From: Gekko japonicus
Taxonomy: Eukaryota
Length of the DNA: 64,000 nt
Assembly (NCBI RefSeq): GCF_001447785.1
Contig: NW_015172553.1
Location: 601,737 to 665,736, forward strand
Reading direction: 5' to 3'
Position 1 is the stretch's first letter, and every line of letters starts with the position of its first letter. Position numbers and translations under genes: made by a program. Positions 11,801 through 24,263 of this stretch are shown piece after piece. The notes under the pieces are model-generated. The model made no database searches, was not told the DNA's origin, and worked only from the letters and a program-made list of their open reading frames with translations.

Positions 11801-14800
11801 CGTACTGCAATTTTTCTCCTGGTTAGGGCTTCTTCCTTCTTTCCTACCCCCTCAGCGATCACACAGGGATTGTGATCTCAACACTACACAGACAATCGGA
11901 TTAATCACTGAGGGCGAACCTGGCCAACTAGGAGGAGGGCAATGTGAACAGGCACCTTTTCATGCCAATGAAAGATTCACAAAAAACGCTCTCCTCTTTC
12001 AGCTCAATTCGAGGAGAATCTGTGTCATCACAAAAAGGGACCAAGGACTTAATTTGCATCATTTCTTAAAGACATGGGGAGGAGTGTCAGTCTATGTGGA
12101 GCTGCCTCCTAACTGGCAGATAACGTACTCAGCCCCCCCTCCCCCCACTGCGCATCTCAGCTCCTGAGATTTTCTTACACGTTTCTAACCCAATAATCAC
12201 AGCCATAAGGGCTGAACTGTAACTCAGATGGGGCTATGCAAGATAAAGGAAACTGGTCAAGGTCATAAGCAGAATGTTTAGTTTCTATTCCAGGGGAATC
12301 TCCAATTGGCCAGCTGTAGTTTCTCCCATAGGCATGACCTCTCTTGGTGCGCCACTGTGGTAAAGGGCAATCCAGCCCTCCACACTGATTCTGGGTGGCC
12401 TCTCATCAGCAAAGAACGAGCAGCAGCATGCGATGTGTCTGTGCTCAAAGTCCAGAGAGGCTGGCAATATACAAGCCTTCCCTTCCTCCAGACATAACCC
12501 ATACTACAGAATGACAAGCATTTCGCTAGTAGTTTCTTAATCTTGCTGGTATGTCACACACTGGAGCTGCGGTGGCTCAAGTGGTTAAGACGCTGAACTG
12601 CAGGCTCTGGAAGGTCGGTAGTTCAGTAGTTCAAGACCTGGGTGTGCCACATGACGGAGTGAGCTCCCATCTCTCGTTCCAGCTTCTGCCAACCTAGCAG
12701 TTCGAAAGCAAGAAATTGCAAGTAGATAAATAGGTACCACTTCGGTGGGAAGGTAACAGCGTTCTGAGCACCTTGGTGTTTAGTCATGCCGGCCACATGA
12801 CCACGGAAACGTCTTCGGACGGCGCTGGCTCTTCGGCTTTGAAACGGAGATGAGCACCGCAACCCTAGAGTTGGATTCGACTGGCTTTCAAGCAAGGGAA
12901 ACCTTTACCTTTACCTATGTCACACACTAACTAGGAGTACACCCCTTAGGTTATGTTCCAGGTCCACACAAGGTATGCTTATGCACCAGTACTAACTCAC
13001 AGGTGTGTCAGGGATTTGAGCCCACGGAAGGTGTTTTTTGACAGAGACCGGATGTCGTTGTTCTCGATGAACCTGAGGGCAAAGAACAAAATGCAGTCTT
13101 ACTTTCCTGTGCCCTTGATGCTGCTTGAGGAGTCTTCCTGCTCCACAGAGGGACCTTTTTTCTTCCACCCCCAGACAGTTACACAGAGGTGTACACACTG
13201 CCTATATGCCAACACGTCCCTGGCAGGACTCTCAGACCTGGACTCTTTTCGCAGGGTCTAGGCTGGATTCCCTCTGCCACCTTCCTGGCACACTCTCCCT
13301 TGCACCTGCTCACCACACCAGCCTCAGATGTGCACCGCCACCCTCTCCTCCAGTCTCCTAGGCCACACTGCAGCACCCTCCCCCCTCCTAGATAAATGGC
13401 TATCTTGAGGCATAAGGGTAATTTAAAAAAGAATGCCTAGAAGCTGCTGGCAAAGCACTCCTTGCAGGCTTAATACCCTCAGGACATCCATCTCTTCTCC
13501 CTCAAACATAGATCAGCCTTGCTGAATATCCCTGTTCCTATCCTTAGCAGAATATCCCTATTTTTCTAGCCCACGGCAGCATCTTCTTAGCCACTTCGCA
13601 GCCCTGCATGCCCAGTCATCATTCCCAGTATGATTTCCCCTATCAACTTTACACCAGTTTGGCCTCATCCCCTCTCTGCTCTGACTGGATGTTAGACAAA
13701 GACTCTGTGTTGTCCATACAGATATTGCAGGTGTGGGAGTCCCATGAAGGCATTGTCCCCAATCAAGGTAAACTTGTTGGAGTTCAGCAGCCTGCAAAGA
13801 AAAGAAAAGAGAAGGAGCTGCAGTTGGTGACATCAGATACGAAAGGGATCACTGACACACACCCCCCCCGGGATCATGCTTTCTTTTTGTTTAAAGTTTC
13901 CTTTGAATGAATCAGGAGGCTAAAGGTGGTTTACAACAACAGAGTTCTACAATTAAAATAAAACTGATCTATAAAAGAATACCCTAAAATAAGCAGGCCC
14001 AACATTCTACCCAATAGTATAGTACATCCAGTAAAACGTTGTCCTAAATAATGCTGCCTTACATGCAGGGTTGCCAGTCTCCAGGTGGGGCCTGGAGATC
14101 TCCCACTATTACAATTGATCTCCAGGCAATAGAGATGTCCCTCTGGAGAAAATGGCTGGAAGAAAACTTATGGAAGGTTCACTTTGGCTGGCATTGCAGT
14201 GTTGCCAGTCTCCAGGTGGGGCCTGGAGATCTCCCACAGCAGATCTCACAGTCCTGAGAGTACTGCTGAATGGAGCACAGTGGGGCTTACTTTTGAGTAA
14301 ACATGCTTGCCATAAAGCTGCAATGTCTAAAGCCAACTGGTTTAGCAAGCACTTTGGTTCCACCATCCTTTAGTGTCCAGTTCTGTAAATTCTAACCTAG
14401 GTTCTTTTCAGGAAGCAAGAGCCATCTAGCAGCTCAGGTTAAGCAGGGCTCGCTTCAACCTGAAAAAAGGAGCTAAAATCTTGCAATTTCTGATTCAATC
14501 TGGCAACTCAGCATTTTGCAAAGCTAACAGATTTGCAGAGGAGCTGCCCTGCAATGAGCTTTGCTGCGCTCAAGCAAGCTAAACTTATGGAAGGTTCACC
14601 TTGGCTGGCACTGCAGTAAAGTCTGAAAAGGCCAGAATAAAAGAAAAAGTTGGGAGGTGGGATTTCAGATTATATCCTTAAAATCAGCGCTTACAGTAAG
14701 TAAACAGAAACTTGTTTTTAATTTAACAATGGGGTGAATTTAGTGATCTACACCCCAGCACCAGGAATACTGGGCTCTTTGTCAGTTTTTCTTGCCCCAC

Positions 14801-17800
14801 TAGGAGGGGATCTAGTCTCCCTTCCCCCCCCCCCCCTCTTACTATTGCTGGCCGGCGAAAGTACATGTTCTAAAGCAGCCTGAGAAAGAACGAGCCCTTC
14901 CATCAGCTGCTAGAGGAAGTAGGGCAGGTGCTGCCCTATGAAGCCATTCTACTAGTAAGACCAGATATGGACTAATTCACAAGCCCACCACCTCCACCCA
15001 AGAACACCCCCAGTGAGAGTGGGGAACATACAGGAACTGCAGAAATGGAAGGTGAGCAAAGGCGCCTTCTTTGATTTCGCTGAATGCTGCATTTATCAGT
15101 GTCCTGTGGGAGAGAAGGAGACGGTAAGAGAGATGCAAGGGGGAGGGGAGAAGATTCATCCCATCACAGGGAAGCATTTGAACTTCAAAAGCATCGGTGC
15201 AGCATCTGAAACCTCCCTGACCCACAGAACGTTGGCCTGATAAGCAAAAAACAAACAAACCCTAGTAGACAGTTTATGTAGTGCAGCATAGAACGCTGTG
15301 TGTGATGTTGTAGGATATAGAGGTACCTACAAAATTATATTGCTTCTTTGCCAGTTTAACTTGCACAAAGAATCCCAGGATGTACACTTTGGTCAAGGTA
15401 CAGAGCAATGTTCTGAGCTTTCTATCACACCTTGAACTCTGCTTCCCTCAAGAGACAGAGACACTGGTTGATCTGTTGAAGTCCATAGAACCAATACTCC
15501 TGTTGTGAAATTCCTTGTTCAACCAGAGGCAGACTGGGGCATTACGATGGCCCAGGAACAAGCTGAGCTGAGCGCCCCCTGTAGAGCATTCGCCTTAGAC
15601 CCAGCCAGCAGTTGCGATGATGGATGTAGGCTTGTCTGTCGGACCAAGCCCAGTGCACTGTGATGTGGGCAAAGGTGAGAGCAGCCCATTGAGACAATGC
15701 TGCTCCTAATGGGGCTTGGCTCAATTTGCTCCCAGGACTGCAGACCACTGGGAAATTTCCTAGGGAATTAAAAAGTCAAATCCACCCCAAGTTTGAATGA
15801 TACTGCAGTCACATACTCTCACCAAGAACACCACACACTGTAGGTCCAAAACCCAAGTTTATAAGGCCCTGTGGCATTACCAAAAAAGGGCCAATTTAGG
15901 CATTTCTAGGAGTTTATTTATTTAGAGGTCCATCAAGATCTGAGACACTAAACTGTAGTTTACTTAGCTTGCACAATAAATCCAGTTCTGGGGTGTAAAT
16001 CGGTAGTGGAAGTGGAGACTACAGTTTTCTAACAGAATTCATAGCACTTAACTACACAACCCCCAGGACTCTCCGAGGAAAGCTGTAAGTGTTAAAATGG
16101 TATAAAAGTGCTGTAAGTGCATAGTATTGACAGGGGCCTCAGACTTCCATTTTCATCACTGATTACATTACAACTGCCCCAACTCAAGTCACGTGGCGTT
16201 TATTTCCAGTAACTTGTAATCACCAGCTATCAAAAACCATCAGTACATATCTGAGTATCTTCAAATCATCAGCTCCTGTCATCTCCTCACCTGAGAGTCC
16301 TAAGTGGCCTTCTGAGCCCCACATCACCCCCACCCCCATTATATCTGTCTGATAATGGTGTGCACTCTCTCACGCACTCAGGCACATAGACACACATGCA
16401 CGGCTTGCTCATAAATGGGAGAGGAGCACAGCTAATGAATTGCACCTACCACACAATCCCTGCAGGGGGGGTATGTATTTAAAGATCTCTCCATTTGCTG
16501 TGATTAATAAGGGCTAGTTGGAGAACGGCTCAGAAACCACTTAAACAAATCAATGCAGGCATCAACATTGGCCAGCAGACAGATCTAGCCAGCACAATTT
16601 GAGAGAAAGCAAGCAGTAAGAACTGTCAGAGTACCAGAAATTCCTGATAGGAGGAGTGGAGGGGGTCCATCTTTCACTGGATTTGCTGCCTAAAGGGAGA
16701 TGAAATTTGTCTTATGGTCTCCCACAGACTTTGGAGGCTTGCTGTCTCCTGTGCTGGGGACTAAACCCAGCTAGTTTATCCTGAAAAAGAAGTGTTGAAC
16801 TAAAATAAGACTACTTCCCTGCACTGCAGCCAGCTCCCTCCTCCAATACCATGTGGATGCCAGTCTCCAAATAGGGCCTGAGGATCTCCTGGAATTACAA
16901 CTGATATCCAGTCTACAGAGATCAGTTCCCCTGAAGAAAATGGCAGCTTTGGAGGGTGTACCCCTGCTGAGGTCCCTCTCCAACCCAAAACCCACCCTCC
17001 CCAGGCTCCACCCCCAAATCTCCAAATAAATTCCAACCTGGAGTTGACAACCCTGCAAAGAACAGATTCATTCAAGTTTGATCCCTCAAGCATAATTTTT
17101 TTTAAAAGCACAGAAGCTGAATTTTTCTTGAGCCAAAGATGCTTAGAGCTACAAGGCCAAATTTCGGTACTACCTTAACAGCGTGTAGCCACTTCTCTTG
17201 TGGCTGCTGTAACGTTATCGAAGTCACATGCAAAACCTCTCCCTGTGTCACTATTCAAACAAGTTGTATGGGTGCAAAAAACTATATCACCATTCAACTC
17301 AGCAACCATCACAGGTAGACGTCAGAACCCCAAAAGCTGCCCATACTGTGTGAGTGGAGCCATTATGTGCTATCTTGGAAACATGGGAGCAGCCATAAGG
17401 GCAGAGGCTCCTAGGTCACTAATGTATCATTTAAATTGAGTCCAAGACCTTCTGCAGAATAACAGTGCAACAGAATCAGATGAGATGGTAGAGTCCTAAA
17501 TGAACCACAACCCTTCAGACTGTAAGTGGGTGGAATCACAGTTTTGCACGCTTGCATTTTTAAAAAAAAAAAAAAAATCTCTGCTCCAAAATAAGCAGGG
17601 CAGCAGTCTGGGTTGCAGCCTTCCTCCCAGATATATTGTTTATTTACTTGCAGGGAGCGTTTCTTTTTGACACGGAGGAGCATTCAGCCCTTTGATTGGC
17701 TCCAAACCATATCTACAATGGCATCCTCTCCATCTGCAGTTCAAAGTAGTACAGTCCAGCCTGCAGCTGCAGGATTATACCACCCCGTTTTGCTGCTTGT

Positions 17801-20800
17801 ACAGACCTCTCCCAAGCTGCTCAGAATGTAGTGATAAAATCTTGGGCAGCACCACTTCAGACTCCTCCTTGTTTGGAGGAGTTCATACGTTTGTATGTTT
17901 CCATGCACAGAGATATCCTCTTATATAAAGCAAACCAACTTGGCGCCCATGGCATTCACCAGTGTTTCCTGGCATGTGCTACTCCCTGCTACTCCAATTC
18001 CTGACCTCTTCCACACTCCTTCCTGATCCCCTTTCACATTCCTTCCTTCTCTTTGTCCCCCTCCATCATGTTTATGCTATCTCCTTTTCTACTGTTTCCT
18101 CTGACAGTGTCCACATTCCTTCCCCTTTCTCTGACCCACTTTCATCCTTGATCTACCCTACATCATTTCTCCAGCCAGCTTTGAGATATGCAAAAGGTAA
18201 TGGGAGGATGGGGTTGTGGTCTAGCTCCATCCTATGAAGTTGGGTAGTAGCTGCAGAGTAAAGGGAAAGAATGCCTGAGCTCTCAGCTAAACTCTGTCTT
18301 CATGGAGATGGTGGGTTGCTTGAAGCTATTTCACCACAATGAGAGTTTTACCACCAACAGAAATGAAATGGTTTCCCAGTACAAGAAATGAAAAGAAATA
18401 TTAGAAGAGCCAAAAGATATCTGGTGGAGGTGGAAGACTAGGGTTGCCAGATCTGGGTTGGGAAATACCTGGAGATTTTGGCGGTAGAGGCTGAGGAGGG
18501 TAGAGTTAAGGGAAGGGAGAGACTTCAATGGGACATAATGCCATAGAGTCCGCCTTCCAAAGCGGCCATTTTCTCCAGGTGAACTGATCTCTGTCGCCTG
18601 GAGATCAGTTGTAATCTCAGGGAATCTCTAGCCACCACCTAGAGGTTGCAAACCAAAGAGAGAGATCATGGGATGGAAGTTGAAAGGAAGCAAACAACCG
18701 TGATGTATTGTGCCAAAAAAAGTTCTTCACAGGCTCGTAAATTCTTTTTCCAATATTCAGTTTACTGGAAGCAATTCAAATGCCATCAGCACCAATGAAC
18801 CATGCATATTACATCTCGTTTCGTGTATAACTTTATCAAAGTGGGTAGCCTTGAAATACCTATATAATATTAATTCATTTTGGCAAGCACACTAGTCATA
18901 TCTCATAGTCACATTCATCCATTACACTTCACACTAATGGATTTGATGAATGTGACTATGAGATATGACTAGTGTGCTTGCCAAAATGAATTAATATTAT
19001 ATAGGTATTTCAAGGCTACCCACTTTGATAAAGTTATACACGAAACGAGATTTAATATGCATGATCCATTGGTGCTGATGCCGTTTGAATTGCTTCTAGT
19101 AAACTGAATACAGGAAAAAGAATTTACAAGTTTGTGAATAATTTTTTTTGGCACAATACAGCATCACGGTTGTTTGCTTCCTTTCAACCACCTGAGGCTG
19201 GCAACCCTATCGGAGAAGGATGGTTTATGCTACTCCTATCCAAGGGTCATTTCGTAGAAAAAGAGCTAGGGGGACTCATTAGCATAACTCATTAGCATAT
19301 GCCACACCCCCTGACATCACCGGAAGTGTGTCCTCCCCACAGCCGGCGGCGACCTCCAGCGGGCACCAGCAGGGAGCTCCAGGCCCCGCCCTCCTGCACC
19401 TCACCCCGGGGGGATGGCGTCCCCCCGCGTCCCCCCCCAAATGACCCCTGCTCCTATCCCAGCTAGGAAAACCTACCCTGCCCTCCTACCGCCTGCCACA
19501 ACCCAGAATAATTTCTCTCATATTCACCCCCACACACACATACACTCTCCAAAACACAAACACAAAATCCACTTAACACAGACTTATGGGCTCCAAAGTA
19601 TTACCTTCAGTTGATTTCGCCATTTGCAGAGACTTGCATACAATGATGATGGCTATTCACCACATTTTTTTCTCGATTGCACTTAAGTAATTACACTACT
19701 ACCTGAAAGTTTCTTCGGCCCTTACAAAGGCTGAAATCTTACTTTTTGTTTTTTACTGTGAATGTTTCATTTAACTGAAAATTTATTTTTTAAAAAAAGT
19801 AAGGGAGAGATTTAGGGACCCGCATGGCACAATTTCGTGGTGGCACCCAGTGTCTTTTCTCAGAATTCTAAACATGCCCAGAGGGATCAACAAGGGCAGC
19901 AAACCCTTCAGTAAACTGTCCCCATGAATGGCCTACTCTATGCCTGTTTCTCCTATAGGCTATTTTATTACATACATTTTATTACAAATATATATTTTAA
20001 AATGCGGAAGCACTAAAAACTATGAGCCCCATAGATGCAATTTGAATTGGTGCAGTTGAACATTCTACCACCTCCACTTATTGGTTCACTCAGATTCAGG
20101 TGTAGAATAAGCACCCCTAGAACAGCCCTATTGGAGACCGTAGTGTTAGATTTATTGCAAAGGGGAACATATTTTTATTTTGTCAGGCTTAGGAGTTTCA
20201 GGATCTGATTAACAAATTTCCCTTGAATCTCTGAAGCCACTTCTTAACACAGATTTTCAGCCAAACTTGAGGTCAGAATTAGGTTGCTGCAGCTTCCTCT
20301 GAGGCATCCATATACCATCCATATACCCACAGGTACACGAAGATTTCCAGTTCCCCATCGCAAGGGTCGGGCATTCCCTTTTGTGTACTTATGCACATGT
20401 GCACACACCCATATTTCCTGTTTGCCCATCTGCATTTATCCACCACATCATGGGGCATTTTATATATGCATACTCACATGCTCTGTGATGCAGTAATAAG
20501 TACTTAGAAATGCACATAGCACTTGCATGCATTCAAAGTACTTCACCTATATGGTCTCAAAAAATCTGTACAACAGGCATCTAAAGTAGGCCAGTATTAT
20601 TCTCTCCACCATTGTGGGGAGATGGAGCTGAGACAAACTTAAAGTGTATGTAATGCCAGGATGCAACCAGACCCCAGTACTTTGCAGGCTTGCTCTGAAA
20701 GGCTGAAGACAGATAAACATTTTTAAGAGATGTGACAGCGTTTTGACACAGCCGGTGTTGCCTGCAGAGCGAACACTCCACTCCTTCCACCACCACCCCT

Positions 20801-21474
20801 GTCCTGCTATCATCACTGATCAACTGATATCAATGCATGTGTGAACCAGAAAAGCTTTGTATAGCCACAGAGTTCCAGTACTACCATCTTACATGTTCCA
20901 ACTCACAGATGGCTTTTTCACCCTGCAAGCTCGGTAATTAACTCTCCCTTTCCCTAGGAACAAAATAGCCACTACACAACAGCAGAGTAACTCCGGAAAA
21001 CAAGCTTCCACATGACAAGCCGATACGCTGAAAAACTCAAGACTGGAGCTCCAGCAAGTGGTGCAGATCTTCTAGCCCGCCCCACCTCAGCCTTCCAGCA
21101 GCAATCTGCACCCTCAACAATCTGACCTCCACTAGGGTGACCACTTCACTTTGTAGCCAAGCAGCTATCTAGAAACACCCCCACCCCCACCCCAGACACA
21201 CACATGCAGACATACTCCCCAGTTTGTCTCTGCTAGTGATTTCCAGATTTGTCACTTACAGTGAAATGACATCTCGAGGCAGATTCTTGGGTATGCTCTT
21301 CGAGTCCACACAGAAGGCAGTGTCTCTTGTGCAAGAACAGCTGGGGGGGCAAGGGGGTGGTCTCGGGGCTCGCCGGGAGGCGGCAGGCAGCCAGAAACAG
21401 GCCAGGCCCAGCAGGCAGAAGAGAAGAAGAGATCCCCTTGGGGAGGTTTTCCCCAACGGCTGCGGCTCAGTCAT
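8024..21474 (-). CDS. LGI3: Leucine-rich repeat LGI family member 3; 8 coding exons, 1656 nt, 551 aa
   Basis: Exons 21474-21260, 15103-15032, 13791-13720, 13072-13001, 11616-11545, 10548-10379, 9828-9664, 8841-8024 (215/72/72/72/72/170/165/818 nt), all GT-AG and in frame. Signal peptide, LRRNT ([14 protein letters not shown]), 24-aa LRR exons, LRRCT, EPTP/EAR repeats ending HIVVDLSL. Paralogue call rests on sequence resemblance and adjacency to SFTPC. Confidence 0.96.
9664..9828 (-). CDS. LGI3: LGI3 exon 7 (first EPTP repeat)
   Basis: 165 nt, [18 protein letters not shown]...RDFDSIP, cag/gtaaag. Confidence 0.95.
10379..10548 (-). CDS. LGI3: LGI3 exon 6 (LRRCT)
   Basis: 170 nt, [20 protein letters not shown]...KDFDCITT, cag/gttggg. 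Confidence 0.95.
11545..11616 (-). CDS. LGI3: LGI3 exon 5 (LRR)
   Basis: 72 nt, [24 protein letters not shown], cag/gtaagg. Confidence 0.95.
12563..12915 (+). mobile_element. Full-length Sauria SINE
   Basis: tRNA-like head (gtggctcaagtggttaa), body with aaataggtaccac, (ACCTTT)n tail, 13-bp TSD tatgtcacacact at 12550 and 12916. Confidence 0.9.
13001..13072 (-). CDS. LGI3: LGI3 exon 4 (LRR)
   Basis: 72 nt, [24 protein letters not shown], cag/gtgagt. Confidence 0.95.
13720..13791 (-). CDS. LGI3: LGI3 exon 3 (LRR)
   Basis: 72 nt, [24 protein letters not shown], cag/gtatgg. Confidence 0.95.
15032..15103 (-). CDS. LGI3: LGI3 exon 2 (LRR)
   Basis: 72 nt, [24 protein letters not shown], cag/gtatgt. 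Confidence 0.95.
18679..19188. repeat. Long inverted repeat (foldback), arms about 241 and 244 bp, 25-bp spacer
   Basis: 18679-18919 is the reverse complement of 18945-19188 with scattered mismatches; mirrored ORFs 18710+ and 19154-. Confidence 0.95.
19241..19450. mobile_element. hAT-type MITE
   Basis: TIR caagggtcattt/aaatgacccctg, 8-bp TSD ctcctatc. Confidence 0.85.
21260..21474 (-). CDS. LGI3: LGI3 exon 1 (signal peptide + LRRNT)
   Basis: gccATG start; [72 protein letters not shown]; donor gtaagt. Confidence 0.93.
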
Positions 21475-22175
21475 GGCCTTTTCCTGGCTTCTCTCTCCTC
21501 TCCTGGTGAAGAACAGCCCCCTCCAACTCCTTGCTGAGTTTCTCCAGGGAAAACCAGCAGTTGTAGCTGCTGCTGCTGCTGCTGCAGCCACCAAACAGGA
21601 TGCTCTCTCGACTTCTCGCTTTCCTTCTCCACAGACAACCTCTGTGTGTTTCTAGGCGGCCGCTGAAGCCAGACTGGCAGGCTGCTGGATACAGCAGCCT
21701 TGTACGTAGGGTGGAGGGGGAGGCAGAGCACCAGGCTTCTGAGTGATGGGGGAGAATGAGAGCATTGCTAAGGATGCAGCCCTACCATGGGGATTGTCAC
21801 TAAGGGGGTGGGGAAGAAACAAGAGGCAGGCTGCATATGGAACAATATACAACTGCTCAGAGTAGCTGTAGCCATCAGAAGCGGTCCAAGATGCCTTATG
21901 CAGGGCGGAATGAAGACGATAAAAGATTGAAACAGAGGAATTTTGAAAACATTGAAAAATTAAGACCACATTTTGAAAGCAGGGGCCAGATTCTACTTAA
22001 AAGCCCTTCACATTAAAAAAAAAAGTTTTTAGGTTGTGTCAGAAGGCCTGTAAAGAGGGGATAACTCCTAGAGGAGTTTCAAAGGTTAGGGCTGGCCTCC
22101 AAAAGGGCCTTCACCAGGGTTCTCCTCAAACCATAATTGTGGGTTTCCACAGCAGCTCCTGCTCAGACAGTCTTA

Positions 22176-22687
22176 GGCTGAGTTCAGACTGGCAGTTTGA
22201 AGCGGGAGGGAGTCATGGCAAAAAAGACCCGGAACAAACTGTTCCGGGTTTTCCTGGTCACACTGCACTGACTGATACGGGAGCATACCAGGGAAGAGGT
22301 GCAAGGGAGCATTCACACTGTTGGCCTGCCCCTGGCAGAGGCACGGCTGTAAGGCGCAGCTTTCTTTTTGGTAATCTGCAGATATGCGCTTATGCGCATA
22401 AGTGCACAAGGGCACAAGAAAAACGCGGCTAATGGCATTCACACTTCATTGGAGTGGGATGGACAAGGGATAATCTTACATGTTCCAACTCACAGATGGC
22501 TTTCCTGGGTTCGATACCACTTTCACCTGGCATCTTTTAAACTTGGGAGTGAAGCGTTACGAGATGGGTTGAGTACGGCTGGGGAACGCCGGACAGATGT
22601 GCCTGTGTGAACAGCACCTTTAATCTGTTTGTGAAACGTTTCTGAAACGTGCCTATATCGCGCCAAACTGCCAGTCTGAACTCGGCC
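22176..22687. mobile_element. PIF/Harbinger-type MITE upstream of LGI3
   Basis: TIR ggctgagttcagactggcagtttg / caaactgccagtctgaactcggcc, TTA TSD. Confidence 0.85.
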
Positions 22688-23523
22688 TTAGAGCCTGGGC
22701 AATTATATAGGATGGAGACAGTTCTTTAGGTACTTTGGTTTCAAACCATTCAGGGATTCAAAGATGGAAACCAGCACATTTCACTGGGTCAGCAAAGTGG
22801 TAACTATAGCATGGATGTTATACGCTTATTGCAAATAGGCCGTATTAGCATTCTGGATTCACATTTTGCACCAGTTGAAGATTCTGGCCAATCTTTCAAG
22901 ACAGCCTCATGTAGAGCACATTACAGTAGAGCAATATGGATGTTATGAAAGTGTGTGTGCAACTGTGGTCAGGTATGACTTCCCCAGAAGAAACCACTAC
23001 TGCCAAAACAGCCTCAGTTGGTAACAAAGCAGTGCTAAACTACTTCCACTACCTAAATGTGTTGAGTCAGAGAAGAATCTAGGAGCACTGCTCTTTCAAG
23101 AAGACAATAACCCATTCAGAAAAGGCCTATTCATGGATAGAGTTGCCAGGTCTCTTTGCAGTGCTGGCGGGGGGATTTGGGGTGTGTGTACCAGGATGTC
23201 CCCAACACGATGACATCGCCCAGTAGTGATGTCATCACATCAGTGACATTGCGCAGCAACATTCCGGTTTGAGGGGAAAACTCTATGGTGTTAGGCCAAA
23301 TTTACCATAGAGTTTTGCCCTCAAACCAGAGCATCCTGTGCAATGTCCCCAACATGATGATGTCACGTCTGGGTGACATCAGTGTCAAGATGTGGCTGTT
23401 TGGGGTTGGGGTTTCCCCACTGGCCAGCTAGTTGGCGATGGGTAGAAGCTCTGAAAACCAGGGGAAACCCCGCCAGGACCTGGGGAGTGGCAACCCTATT
23501 CATGGATCAGTTTTACCCCAAAT

Positions 23524-23717
23524 TAGGGTTGCCAGCTCCAGGTTGGGAAACTCCTGGAGATTTGGGGGTGGAGCCTTGAGAGACAAGGTTTGGGGAGGGA
23601 TGGGGCCGGGCAGGGTATAATGCCATGGAGTCCACCCTTCAAAGCAGCCATTTCTCCAGAGGAATTGATCTATCATCTGGGAGAGCGCCAGCTTCCACCT
23701 GGAGGTTGGCAACCCTT
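23524..23717. mobile_element. hAT-type MITE (TAGGGTTGCCA family)
   Basis: TIRs and 8-bp TSD ccccaaat. Confidence 0.88.
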
Positions 23718-24263
23718 CCCCAAATCACATAATTTCTATTTTATCTAGATTGTTTCAGAGACAGAGAGACAGAGTTATATGCCATCAGTGTACATATGAC
23801 AACTTGTTCCAGATCTTCAGATGATCTCTCCCAGCAGTTTCAGTGTTGATGGTGAACAGTATAGGTAACAATCTAGAACCTTATGGAGCCCTTAAACTAA
23901 AGGCTAAGGGTTCCAGTGAACAAATGTCATTTCAAAGGTGCACATTATGCGTTGCTCCACGCCACTGTTTGCCATAGAGGATCACATTTAAACTTCTATG
24001 GGTGTATGACTTCTCCCGTGCTCTCTCCAGTAGGCAAACTATTTCTGAAATTGGAGGAACACTTGAACTACAAAAAATACAATTCCTAATGGTGGCCAGT
24101 GCTATTTTATTGTCAAAATCTCTTGTGAAAAAACCTGAGAGAAGCTGAAAAACATGATGGTTTAGACACAGGGAATTCTTACAAACAGTACACTGAGTTG
24201 CCTTTACTTTGGGTGCCTAGAGAGGAGCTATAAAGAAAGACTAAAGCACTGCAACTTGGGAAC

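Noticed and set aside
21475-21594. N-terminal poly-Ala extension of LGI3
   Set aside because: Starts at a non-ATG codon; the gccATG at 21474 directly precedes a signal peptide
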